A stretch of 64,000 nt of DNA from NCBI GenBank assembly GCA_043810515.1, contig JBDRNZ010000027.1, forward strand, positions 2,247-66,246, written 5' to 3'. Made by a program: the position numbers and the translations under genes. The notes beneath the pieces were generated by a model. The model searched no databases and was not told where the DNA came from. It saw only the letters and a list, made by a program, of their open reading frames with translations. Origin of the DNA: Candidatus Peregrinibacteria bacterium (GTDB taxonomy: Bacteria; Patescibacteriota; Gracilibacteria; UBA1369; LOWO2-01-FULL-3). Below, in pieces: positions 36,242 through 45,171 of this stretch. Within the stretch, counting starts at the first letter, position 1, and every line of letters begins with the position of its first letter.

Positions 36242-36584
36242 TCTTTCACTTTTTCAAAACCATATAGTGGTTCCCTTCATCAAAACACTCATACAGACTA
36301 TCTATTTTATAGTTTATCTTATTTTTCCATTGTATTAAAGTTTTTGTACAACTTCCAATGTTGAATTTTGCCTGCCCGCCCTCTCAGACCTTGGAATTTG
36401 GACAGTGTTTTTATTCGCGCCGCCCGCCCCCGCCTCGGGCGACGCGGTTTTAGATCCTCATTTCTCAGGTGCGCGGTGCCAGGCTTCACCGCGCACCTAC
36501 CCACGTTCGTTTTTTAGAATTTTTACTGGAGGCTAACCTCCAGTTCCTCTAAAATATGTTCGAGCAGTGTCATATAACTGTACC
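36242..36584. repeat. IR-B, right copy (343 bp, inverted)
   Basis: See the left copy. Its hairpins are at 36467-36498 and 36416-36446. Confidence 0.9.
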
Positions 36585-36591
36585 ATTTTGA

Positions 36592-38457
36592 TTATTGCGT
36601 AACAAGCATCAGCTTGTAAATTGCGTAAGCCACTTCGCCGCGGGTCATTCCGTTTTCAGGATGAAGTTCTTTTATGTTTGAATCGATAATCCCAAGTTGT
36701 TTGGCATATGCAACATACGGAGCGAACCAGGCATCTTTGGAAACATCAGAAAAAGGAGCAGCTGTAACATTCGGATTTACATCAACCCCCATTCCGTTAA
36801 ATAAGATTTTATAGAATTCAGCCTTATTAACGGTATTCGTCGGTCTGAAAGTTCCATCGGGATAACCATCCACGACACCTTTGTTGTATGCGGTATATAG
36901 ATATTTACCATACCATTCGGAAACCGAAACATCAGGAAACGGGATGTTTCCGCTGGAAAGGATTTCCTTTATTCCTTCGAAAATAAATTTCAAAGCCTCG
37001 ACTCTGCTCACAACCTGATCCGGCCTGAAAGTACCATCGCTGTAACCATTCACAATCCCTTCACTGGCAAGATATGAAATTGCCGCGAAATAAAGACTGT
37101 TTTCCGGGACATCTGAAAAAGAAACCTGCACTTCAGGCGCTTCTATTTCAAACCACCCGGAATAAAAAACTTTATCTTCCGTTTTTAGGGCAAGTTTGTC
37201 ACGTCCGGCATCCATGCGGACAAATTTTCCATTAAGTCTGCCGGAAGAATCAAAATTTCTGTTGGTAATAATCGATGGACTGGCAGTTACATGACTATTT
37301 AGAGAACTGATAGTCATTTCACCGGCGGCACCTCCGTCAAAAGTATTCCCATACTGATCAATCATAAATATACTGAAATCTGATTCCTGTCCCACATAGT
37401 ATTTTGGACGAACATCGATTTTAAAAGTGAGAACAGGTGGCGCCAAAACCTCTTCGGGTTCCGTAACGTCAATAACCTCTGTAATTTCAGTGGAATCCGT
37501 CTCAGCGAAAGTTTCCGTAACTTCTCCGGAATCAGCTAGCGTAACCGTCTCGTCGGTAACATAAGATGAAGCGGTTATGGAATCGGACACTATGGTTCCA
37601 TCCATATACTTCTGAACATATTTCAAAGGATTGATCGTTGTAGCCATGGCCTTTTCCTTCCCAAGACCGGCATTTACAGCCGTGAAGAAATCAAGACCGG
37701 CATCCGAAGCTTCCTGCCACGTAAACGGCCAGAAAGGATGCCATGGTGCGTCAGTAGTATCTATCTGAAAATGCACATGCGGAGTAGTAGCCGTGCCGGT
37801 TTGTCCGGAAAGGGCTATTTGTTCGCCTTTTTTTACAACATCACCCTCCGAAACAAAAATATCGCTCAAATGGTTATATGACGAAAAAAGAGTCACGCTT
37901 TTATTGGGATCCTCCAGAGAAGGGAAATTTGTATGCTGAACAACAACATGATGCCCAAAACCTGAACTTTGATTTGAAACTTTCACAACAGTTCCGTTTG
38001 CAATTGAATAAACAGGAGTGCCCATCGGAACTTTTATATCAACGGCAAGATGTGATCCTCCATATTCGAGCCCGTCCAGCTTATAACTTCCCATATATGG
38101 GACAGAGTAGGTAATTTTGGAGTTTCGTATAAGATCATCATTTGAATCACCCCATTTTAGGTTGTCCGTACTGATTTTTAAGACATCGGGGTCATAAAAC
38201 GGAATATCGATAAGATCATCAGCGCTTAATGCACCGTAACTTAAATTCCATTTTGAGGAATCAAGATGAACCCAGTCAGGCACTTTCTGAACCGGATAAA
38301 CAGTTCCGTCGAAAGGCTCGTGTTCCGGATAAGAAATAATACTTGTAGTCAAAAAGTGCGAAAAATCTCCGGTGACCTGCGCAAAAAGTGACGCAACCGA
38401 CACCACGAGAAGCAAAACGCCGGCTTTTAGACCATGTTTATGACAGAATTTATGCAT
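36592..38457 (-). CDS. Secreted M23 peptidase with three C-terminal SLH (S-layer homology) repeats
   Basis: Signal-like N-terminus after ATG 38457, and M23 motifs HLAVDI and TTPHVHFQI. SLH repeats begin FSDVPENSLYFAAISYLASEGIVNGYSDGTFRP, FPDVSVSEWYGKY...GYPDGTFRP and FSDVSKDAWFAPY. Confidence 0.85.
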   Translation of the reverse strand: MHKFCHKHGLKAGVLLLVVSVASLFAQVTGDFSHFLTTSIISYPEHEPFDGTVYPVQKVPDWVHLDSSKWNLSYGALSADDLIDIPFYDPDVLKISTDNLKWGDSNDDLIRNSKITYSVPYMGSYKLDGLEYGGSHLAVDIKVPMGTPVYSIANGTVVKVSNQSSGFGHHVVVQHTNFPSLEDPNKSVTLFSSYNHLSDIFVSEGDVVKKGEQIALSGQTGTATTPHVHFQIDTTDAPWHPFWPFTWQEASDAGLDFFTAVNAGLGKEKAMATTINPLKYVQKYMDGTIVSDSITASSYVTDETVTLADSGEVTETFAETDSTEITEVIDVTEPEEVLAPPVLTFKIDVRPKYYVGQESDFSIFMIDQYGNTFDGGAAGEMTISSLNSHVTASPSIITNRNFDSSGRLNGKFVRMDAGRDKLALKTEDKVFYSGWFEIEAPEVQVSFSDVPENSLYFAAISYLASEGIVNGYSDGTFRPDQVVSRVEALKFIFEGIKEILSSGNIPFPDVSVSEWYGKYLYTAYNKGVVDGYPDGTFRPTNTVNKAEFYKILFNGMGVDVNPNVTAAPFSDVSKDAWFAPYVAYAKQLGIIDSNIKELHPENGMTRGEVAYAIYKLMLVTQ

Positions 38458-38524
38458 TTTGTGTTTGTTTTTGTTTCTAAAGATTATAAAATTATAGCAC
38501 ATCTCAGGCAAAAAAACAATTCCC

Positions 38525-38935
38525 ATGCCAATAACAAAATCAGAAACGGAAACTCTGGCCTTGGCGGCTAGAATTGCCGAAAAAATCAAAAAAGGCGGAC
38601 TCGTATGCCTCTTTGGCGAACTTGGGACAGGAAAAACCATATTCGCAAAAGGAATAGCCGATTATCTCGGAATAGATAAATTTTCCATAAAAAGTCCGAC
38701 ATACACATACATAAGACACCATTCGGGCCGCGGCGTGAATATATACCACATAGACCTTTACAGACTGGAAAAAATAGACGACCTCATGCTTCGTGAAATA
38801 AACGAACTGATCGAAAACAAGACAAACATAATAATTATGGAATGGGCGGACAGAATGGGCAACGCTCTGCCAAAAAACAGAATCGACATACATCTGAAAT
38901 ATATTGATAAAAACACTCGTGAAATAACTTTATAA
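38525..38935 (+). CDS. tsaE: tRNA t6A37 biosynthesis ATPase TsaE
   Basis: LFGELGTGKTIFAKGIA, SPTYTY and HIDLYRL form the YjeE/TsaE pattern. Confidence 0.88.
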   Translation: MPITKSETETLALAARIAEKIKKGGLVCLFGELGTGKTIFAKGIADYLGIDKFSIKSPTYTYIRHHSGRGVNIYHIDLYRLEKIDDLMLREINELIENKTNIIIMEWADRMGNALPKNRIDIHLKYIDKNTREITL

Positions 38936-38936
38936 A

Positions 38937-39446
38937 ATGACAGAAGACAAAATAAAAACTCTTTACGAACTTCACAGCGTTCCTGAAAACGTGACAAGGC
39001 ACATGCGAAAAGTAAAAGAAGTTTGCGAGCTCCTGGCCGATGCCGCGATAAAAAACGGGGAAAAAATCGACAAAAAAGCCCTACTTTATGCAGCCCTGCT
39101 TCATGACGTATTAAGAGTTCATGACTCCGACGAAAAAAGTCACGCAAAAGCGATGGCGGAAGTTTTGGAAGGAATGGGCGAAAAATATCTCGCAAAGCTT
39201 GTGTCAAAGCACGAATTTTTCTCAGTAGATCGCTTAAAAACACTTGAAGAAAAAATACTTTATTATGCCGACAAGCGTGTCGACCGCGATAAAATCGTGA
39301 GTTTGAAAAAACGTTTCACGGAAAGCAAAAAAAGAAATACTTCGTCGCGGCATTCCCCAAAAGAAATAAAGGAAATAGAAACCAAGATCTTCATGCTCGA
39401 AAAACGGCTGGCGGAAAACCTAGGAAAGACTGTTTATAGCCTCTAA
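38937..39446 (+). CDS. HD-domain phosphohydrolase
   Basis: ALLHDVLRV HD motif and YYADKRV. 169 aa. Confidence 0.7.
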   Translation: MTEDKIKTLYELHSVPENVTRHMRKVKEVCELLADAAIKNGEKIDKKALLYAALLHDVLRVHDSDEKSHAKAMAEVLEGMGEKYLAKLVSKHEFFSVDRLKTLEEKILYYADKRVDRDKIVSLKKRFTESKKRNTSSRHSPKEIKEIETKIFMLEKRLAENLGKTVYSL

Positions 39447-40679
39447 AGTTGAAGGTCCGACACGTCCGGCGCCTATATCGTCCGGACTAGAGATTATTTT
39501 ATTTTCCAGTTGAAATTTTAAAACTGCGTCTTCCGTTGCCGGCCCGTAATAATCGGTTATAAAAAGACCTTTAAAATATCCCTGCTTCTTCAGAAATTTC
39601 TGTAACGCTTCCACCTCAGCGCCTGTCATTCCAAAATCGAGTTCGCTGGCAAGTTGAACATAAATTTTCTCAGCCGACTGCGGATTTGCAATCTCTAAAT
39701 TTTCCGCAGTAGTCATCGCTATACGTGTTTTTGTATAATTTCTCGAGGAAATGATTTCATTCATCGTATCCCTGGTTTTCGGTCCGAACACACCGGCTCC
39801 GGCTGAATTTTTATCACCGACCAGAAATCGTGACTGCTGGAATTTAAAAACGGCATGCTCCGTAACCTCGTCATAGACACCATTTACAGGACCTTTGTAG
39901 AAATTTAAAGAAGCGAGCTCGTTTTGCAATTCCAAAACACCATCCCCGCTGTCTCCCAATTTTAAATCGGAGTCCAGACGATCTGAAACATCAACGACGA
40001 CTCGTTGTGTAGGCTCTGGCGCAGAGACAGGTGCTAGTTCCGCTACTTCCGCTACTAAAACTTCAGCCGTCTCAACTACAGGTTTTGTCATAATTTCGGT
40101 ATTGGCGAAAGCCACGCACGCATTGGGAACAGCCTCAGATGGCGAATATCCAACAAGACTAACGTTTTCAGCTATTCCGCCATCAATTCCATACACGGTA
40201 ACTTCAACTTTGCGTTTTCCCCAATTTAAAGCTCTTTTTAGCCCGGTGTCTCCATAGCCCATCCAGATGTCAAGACGGTCAAAAAGTCCATCAGTTCCGT
40301 TCGAGGAAACAATGGCACCTCCGCGATCATGCACGGCCACTGTTCCAATTCCTGGAATATACATTTTTGTTCCAAAAGGATAATCCTTGGGGGCAGCCAC
40401 CATTCCGGGATAAACAGGAGTGCCGTCAGCACTGTTTACACCACTTCCGTTCAAACGAATGTCGCCCTCATAACTTCCGGTGACGTATCGTTCCTGGCAC
40501 GGAAGAGGGGAGTAATATGCTGAAATCGTAAATGTCTTGGAATAAGGATAAAGCTCATTTAGAGCATCAGCCCCTGCCAGATCTCCGTGCGAAGCCGCAT
40601 ATGGAGCAATCGAAACAATACACATAAAAGCCATAACCAGATCGCAAAACAGTCTCTTTGTAATTTTTGAAAATTTCAT
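39420..40679 (-). CDS. Cell-wall protein: 3D (MltA-like) domain plus two or three peptidoglycan-binding (PG_binding_1) repeats
   Basis: Signal/TM N-terminus, then GTVAVHDRGGAI...DRLDIWMG. PG-binding repeats GDSGDGVLELQNELASLNFY...AVFKFQ and GMTGAEVEALQKFLKKQGYF...AVLKFQ. Confidence 0.75.
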   Translation of the reverse strand: MKFSKITKRLFCDLVMAFMCIVSIAPYAASHGDLAGADALNELYPYSKTFTISAYYSPLPCQERYVTGSYEGDIRLNGSGVNSADGTPVYPGMVAAPKDYPFGTKMYIPGIGTVAVHDRGGAIVSSNGTDGLFDRLDIWMGYGDTGLKRALNWGKRKVEVTVYGIDGGIAENVSLVGYSPSEAVPNACVAFANTEIMTKPVVETAEVLVAEVAELAPVSAPEPTQRVVVDVSDRLDSDLKLGDSGDGVLELQNELASLNFYKGPVNGVYDEVTEHAVFKFQQSRFLVGDKNSAGAGVFGPKTRDTMNEIISSRNYTKTRIAMTTAENLEIANPQSAEKIYVQLASELDFGMTGAEVEALQKFLKKQGYFKGLFITDYYGPATEDAVLKFQLENKIISSPDDIGAGRVGPSTLEAINSLS

Positions 40680-40719
40680 TTTATTTTTGTTTTTATTTTT
40701 GAATTTTTTTAATCCTGTA

Positions 40720-40728
40720 ATTATACCA
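40720..40728 (-). promoter_or_regulatory. Extended -10 element TGgTATAAT for the 3D/PG-binding gene
   Basis: The minus strand reads TGGTATAAT at 40728-40720, about 40 nt upstream of ATG 40679. Confidence 0.4.
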
Positions 40729-40729
40729 C

Positions 40730-40758
40730 AAAAAACCTTCCCCGGCCGACAAGAAGGG
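40730..40758 (-). terminator. Rho-independent terminator downstream of the TraD-like gene
   Basis: Minus-strand RNA CCUUCUU-GUCGGCCG-GGGAAGG followed by UUUUUU. Confidence 0.5.
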
Positions 40759-40808
40759 TTGCAAAAGGTATAAAAAGGTTTTTTAATATAAGTAGCGAAA
40801 AAACGGTA

Positions 40809-43286
40809 TTAAATCGCCCCTATTCTCCTCAAAATTTCTCTTTCCACGAAGTCGCGGTCTCTACCGTACTTGAGCCGTGAAAGTTGTTTAAAGGCTTCTG
40901 CCGCTTCCTTATCACCTTCCTCAAGATAAGGATTTATGGGAATAATACTAAAAGGTCTGCTTGGCTCGGTATCAATAGAAAGCTTCATGCATGCCTTGTA
41001 TTTGTCGATATTCACAAGGTCCTGTTCGCTGAATACCGGCGCCATTTCCTTCGCCATGTGCTCGGCATCCTGCGCTCCTATTTTGTAACACATCATGGTT
41101 CCTATATTTCCGAAAACGGCATCTTTTAAGTTTGCTTTGGCTTTCGCCTTCGTGCCTCCGCCTTCCTCAAGCTGGGCAAGATACTGATGGGCGATATTTA
41201 ATCCCAGACGGTACTTTCTGGCCTCGGAAAGTATTGATTCGATACTTTCGGTAACATAATTCTGAAACTCGTCGATATACAGGAAGAAATCGCTACGCTG
41301 GTCTTTTGGAACCTTTTGTCGTTTCAATGCGGCCATCTGTATTTTTTGAACGATAATAAGTCCCAACAGCTTTGAGTTCACCTCACCGACAGTTCCTTTG
41401 GAAAGATTCATGAGCAAAATCTTTTTTTCCTGCATGACCTTTGAAAAATCAAAAGCGGATTTGGCCTGACCGATAATATTTCTCATCATGGTATTCGTGA
41501 CAAACTGGCCGAATTTAGCGGCAAAATACGGAATCATCTCCTGTTTCTCCCTCGCGCCGGTCTTCGCCATCTGGTGATCCCAGAAAGAAGCAACGATCGG
41601 GTTTGTTACATGCTGTCTTTTCAGTTTCGCAAAATCATCATCCGTAAAAAGACGAACGATATCAGTCATAGCGCCGCCGGCCGGATCGGACATAAGAGTA
41701 AGACAGCCGTTTCTAAAATAATCCTGAATTCGCGGACCAAAAACTTCCTCATCAAAAAGCTTGATCATGATATTCATAGCGTCAAGCGCAACAAGCTCCT
41801 TCTCCTCCCATGTGTCGCCTTCAAGCAGATTGAGGCCCAGAGGGCGCTCCATATCGGAAGGATCGAAATAAATCACGTCATCCGCACGTTCTCTTGGAAT
41901 AAAAGGCAGAATATCATCAATCAGCGAACCGTGAGGATCTATAACGCAAACACCGTCACCGTTTTTAAAATCCTGACGGATCATCGCCTGAAGTATTGAG
42001 GATTTACCGGTTCCGGTCTGACCGATAACATAAAAATGTCTGAAACGGTCTTCGCGCTTGAGCCGGATTTCCTTCTTTTCGCCGCGGTAAATATTATGAC
42101 CGAGAAGTATTCCTTCCTCGGGAATATTTGGCGGAGCAGGCGCGATTTTAAACTTCTGCCACGCGATTGATGGATATTTGTTAAATCGTATATTTGGAAT
42201 ATGGAATATGCTCGCAAGCTCTTCGGATGATAAAATCATTTTTTTGCCTCTTGTTCGCTGGGTGATGCTCCTTCTAAAGTTTCTGAATATAAAATTAGTC
42301 ACAAGCCGCTTGTCGCGGTGCCAGCTTGTATAATCAAGAGTATTTCCGTTTGATGCTGAATAAGGCGTAAATGCGCTTCGCATCGTAACGAGATTCACCA
42401 TAGCTTCCTGTTTTGTTTTCGCGGAGGAAACAAGTCTTATTATTGTTTCAAAACCGGATTTAGAGTTTTTTTCCTCCATAGCCTTAACTTCTTCGTCGGT
42501 AAGAGGGGTCGTTTTTTCAGCTGTTTCACTCTGCGGTTTGGCATTTTCACCGTGCCACATCAGATCAAACAAGGACGAAAACCAGCTTATTGGATTGTAC
42601 CACGCAAATCCGGAGCCTTTTTTGCCCTGGAACACGCGGCTCGCTTCACGTCTTCCATGTTTTTGCCAGCCGTCTTTTTGTGGACGAATCATAATCTGCA
42701 CAGCCGCTCCTTCATCTTTTGAGATTTTCGATAACGAATTGATAATGCCATTTATCGGATCAGCATTCATTCTGCTGAATGTTTTTATAGGAAACCAGTG
42801 TTTCTTTGTGGAAACGATATAGGCGGAAGCGACATTACCGTTCGGCTGAAAAATATTATAATCCTCAACCTGTTCAACATAAGAATCCGGATAAAAAGAG
42901 GTAAGCTGTTTCTCGATAATCGATAAAAGCTTTCTCGGGCACACGATAAAAAAATGCACCTGCGCGTCTATAACGGCATATTCAAACGACAAAAAATCCT
43001 GCGCCGTAAAAATTTTGTACCATTCACGCGTATAAATACTATGAAGTGAATCATAAAACTGCGTCATAATTCCGCCGCACATTTCCTTAAAATCCTTTGC
43101 CTGCGAATATTGTTCACCTTCAACCTCCCTGTCTTCCTTCGACTCTTTTTTTGGAATTCTTACATCCAGAAAAACCATATTAAAACTTCGCTCCAGATTC
43201 ATTCTGTAGCGCACATATCTTAGAATGAAATATGTGGCAGCAACTGAACCGATAATTATCAATAAAACAACAAACCAAGTATTCAT
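40809..43286 (-). CDS. Membrane-anchored TraD/VirD4/TraG-like (type IV coupling protein-like) P-loop ATPase, paralog 1
   Basis: N-terminal TM helix, Walker A GQTGTGKSS, DPHG, Walker B FFLYIDEFQN and AHQY. The first ATG is at 43286 (the track start at 43289 is TTG). Confidence 0.75.
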   Translation of the reverse strand: MNTWFVVLLIIIGSVAATYFILRYVRYRMNLERSFNMVFLDVRIPKKESKEDREVEGEQYSQAKDFKEMCGGIMTQFYDSLHSIYTREWYKIFTAQDFLSFEYAVIDAQVHFFIVCPRKLLSIIEKQLTSFYPDSYVEQVEDYNIFQPNGNVASAYIVSTKKHWFPIKTFSRMNADPINGIINSLSKISKDEGAAVQIMIRPQKDGWQKHGRREASRVFQGKKGSGFAWYNPISWFSSLFDLMWHGENAKPQSETAEKTTPLTDEEVKAMEEKNSKSGFETIIRLVSSAKTKQEAMVNLVTMRSAFTPYSASNGNTLDYTSWHRDKRLVTNFIFRNFRRSITQRTRGKKMILSSEELASIFHIPNIRFNKYPSIAWQKFKIAPAPPNIPEEGILLGHNIYRGEKKEIRLKREDRFRHFYVIGQTGTGKSSILQAMIRQDFKNGDGVCVIDPHGSLIDDILPFIPRERADDVIYFDPSDMERPLGLNLLEGDTWEEKELVALDAMNIMIKLFDEEVFGPRIQDYFRNGCLTLMSDPAGGAMTDIVRLFTDDDFAKLKRQHVTNPIVASFWDHQMAKTGAREKQEMIPYFAAKFGQFVTNTMMRNIIGQAKSAFDFSKVMQEKKILLMNLSKGTVGEVNSKLLGLIIVQKIQMAALKRQKVPKDQRSDFFLYIDEFQNYVTESIESILSEARKYRLGLNIAHQYLAQLEEGGGTKAKAKANLKDAVFGNIGTMMCYKIGAQDAEHMAKEMAPVFSEQDLVNIDKYKACMKLSIDTEPSRPFSIIPINPYLEEGDKEAAEAFKQLSRLKYGRDRDFVEREILRRIGAI

Positions 43287-43361
43287 CAAAAATCTTTAAT
43301 TAAGTCTTAATATTCTAGCATAAAATCCATTCTATGACAATCAGCCGCCGTCCCTGCCAGT

Positions 43362-45128
43362 CTACTGATCACGCTCAATAACTTTTATATGAAGCTCCTC
43401 AATCTGTTTGTCTGGCATTTTTGAAGGAGCGCCAAGCATAAGATCTTTTGCTTTTTGATCTTTAGGAAAAGCAATAACCTCGCGGATATTAGGCTCTCCT
43501 GCGAAAATCATTACGAGTCGATCCAGCCCCCAGGCTATTCCGCCATGAGGGGGAGCACCGTATTTAAAAGCAGTGAGCATGTGACCAAATCTCCTTTCCG
43601 CGTCCTCATCAGAAACTTTCAAAATATCAAAAACCTTTTTCTGCACTTTCTCGTCATGAATACGTATAGAGCCGCCGCCGACCTCCACACCATTCAAAAC
43701 GACATCATAAGCCTTCGCGAGCGCCGTTTCAGGACTGCTACCGAGCTGTTCCGGATCCACAGGTGCCGTAAAAGGATGATGCACCGCGTCAAGCCGGCCT
43801 TCCTCCTCATTATATTCAAACATCGGAAACTCGGTAATCCAGCAGAAGGAAAAAAGATTTTCATCTATCATGTCGAGTTTTTTTGCAACGGCGATTCTCA
43901 CACGACCAAGCGATTCACAGGCGATTTTAAATTTGTCGGCTGAAAAGAAAACAATGTCTCCGTCTTTAGCCTGACACCTTTCAACAATCTCATCCAGTTC
44001 CTCTTTTTTGAAAAATTTCACGATGGGGGATTTAAGCTCGCCATTTTCAAGAACAATATAGCTCAAGCCTTTCGCGCCATAAATCTTTGCGATTTCCGTA
44101 AATTCATCAATCTCCTTTCTTGTGAATTTCCCGCCGCCCACGACACGTAGAGCTTTTACAATTCCGCCGTCCGAAACCGCGTTTTTGAAAATAGAAAAAT
44201 CACACTCGCTCGCAATATCCGTAATGTCACTCAGAGGCAGGTCGTAGCGCAGATCCGGACTGTCGACTCCATAAAGATTCAAGGCCTCATGATATGTTAG
44301 AACCGGAAAAGGTTTCTTTTGAATTTTTTTGTCTTTCGCGAATTTTTCACAAAGCTCTATAAGCAGACCTTCGTTGATTTTCATGATATCTTTTTCTTCA
44401 ACAAAAGATAATTCCATATCAAGCTGTGTAAATTCAGGCTGTCTATCACCCCGCTGATCCTCATCGCGAAAACATCTCGCAATTTGAAAATACTTATCAA
44501 AACCTGCAATCATGAGAAGCTGCTTAAGCTGCTGCGGAGACTGCGGCAATACGTAAAAATTCCCCGGATAAAGCCTTGAAGGTACAAGATACTCGCGACT
44601 TCCCTCGGGAGTCCCCTTGATAAGAATCGGCGTTTCGATTTCAAGAAAATCTTCCCCGTTCATAAAATCGCGGATATGTTTTATGACATTATGCCTTAGC
44701 ACGATGTTGTTTTTGAGATGCTCTCTCCTTAAATCCAGATAGCGGTAGGTAAGCCTGTATTCCTCACCGACTTCTTTTTCCTGATCAATTTCGAATGGGG
44801 GAGTAAGAGACGGATTCAATATTTCAGCTTCAGACACCAAAACCTCAATCTCGCCTGTAGTAAGATCCTTATTGGCGTTATTGCCCGGACGCAGCCGCAC
44901 TTTCCCCTTTATTTTTATAACAAATTCGCTGCGCACGCTTTCCATAATGTCATGAGCGTCTTTCTGATTTATCGGATCCGAAACAATCTGAGTAAGTCCG
45001 TAACGGTCTCGCAGATCTATAAAAATAACACCGCCATGATCGCGTCGTCGATGTACCCAGCCGGACAGCACAACCTCCTCTCCGTCATTCTTTCCGCCAA
45101 GTTCATTGCAGGTATGGGTTCTGTACAT
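43362..45128 (-). CDS. aspS: Aspartyl-tRNA synthetase
   Basis: N-terminal OB fold (GWVHRRRDHGGVIFIDLRD), class II motifs FRDEDQRGDRQPEFTQLD and GGGSIR, plus a GAD insertion. Confidence 0.95.
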   Translation of the reverse strand: MYRTHTCNELGGKNDGEEVVLSGWVHRRRDHGGVIFIDLRDRYGLTQIVSDPINQKDAHDIMESVRSEFVIKIKGKVRLRPGNNANKDLTTGEIEVLVSEAEILNPSLTPPFEIDQEKEVGEEYRLTYRYLDLRREHLKNNIVLRHNVIKHIRDFMNGEDFLEIETPILIKGTPEGSREYLVPSRLYPGNFYVLPQSPQQLKQLLMIAGFDKYFQIARCFRDEDQRGDRQPEFTQLDMELSFVEEKDIMKINEGLLIELCEKFAKDKKIQKKPFPVLTYHEALNLYGVDSPDLRYDLPLSDITDIASECDFSIFKNAVSDGGIVKALRVVGGGKFTRKEIDEFTEIAKIYGAKGLSYIVLENGELKSPIVKFFKKEELDEIVERCQAKDGDIVFFSADKFKIACESLGRVRIAVAKKLDMIDENLFSFCWITEFPMFEYNEEEGRLDAVHHPFTAPVDPEQLGSSPETALAKAYDVVLNGVEVGGGSIRIHDEKVQKKVFDILKVSDEDAERRFGHMLTAFKYGAPPHGGIAWGLDRLVMIFAGEPNIREVIAFPKDQKAKDLMLGAPSKMPDKQIEELHIKVIERDQ

Positions 45129-45171
45129 AAATTTATAATTTTAGAGTTTACAGATGGATATTAGTAGAGAA

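Larger units (their letters stand above)
28965..36584. mobile_element. Integrated island at the tRNA-Arg 3' end: large serine recombinase module plus nucleotide-chemistry cargo module, each bracketed by long inverted repeats
   Basis: Junction cores are GTACCA (28965-28970) and GTACCA (36580-36585), plus an internal inverted GCACCA (30865-30870, minus strand). Also a recombinase gene, IR-A and IR-B repeat pairs, and an AT-richer cargo. See findings. Confidence 0.75.

Noticed and set aside
36319-36504. 61-aa Arg-rich minus-strand ORF inside IR-B
   Set aside because: It lies entirely within the GC-rich hairpin region of IR-B. Its composition (R/G/P/A-rich) is what GC-rich palindromes produce, and the left IR-B copy does not preserve it.
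28971-36579. Prophage, IS or conjugative element interpretation of the island
   Set aside because: I found no capsid, terminase, transposase (DDE), relaxase or replication genes. The only mobility gene is the serine recombinase, so I call it a small integrative island, not a phage or ICE.
38458-38640. Upstream extension of the M23/SLH ORF overlapping tsaE on the opposite strand
   Set aside because: The extension has no signal-peptide logic and overlaps the well-supported tsaE. ATG 38457 is followed by a hydrophobic signal-like segment.
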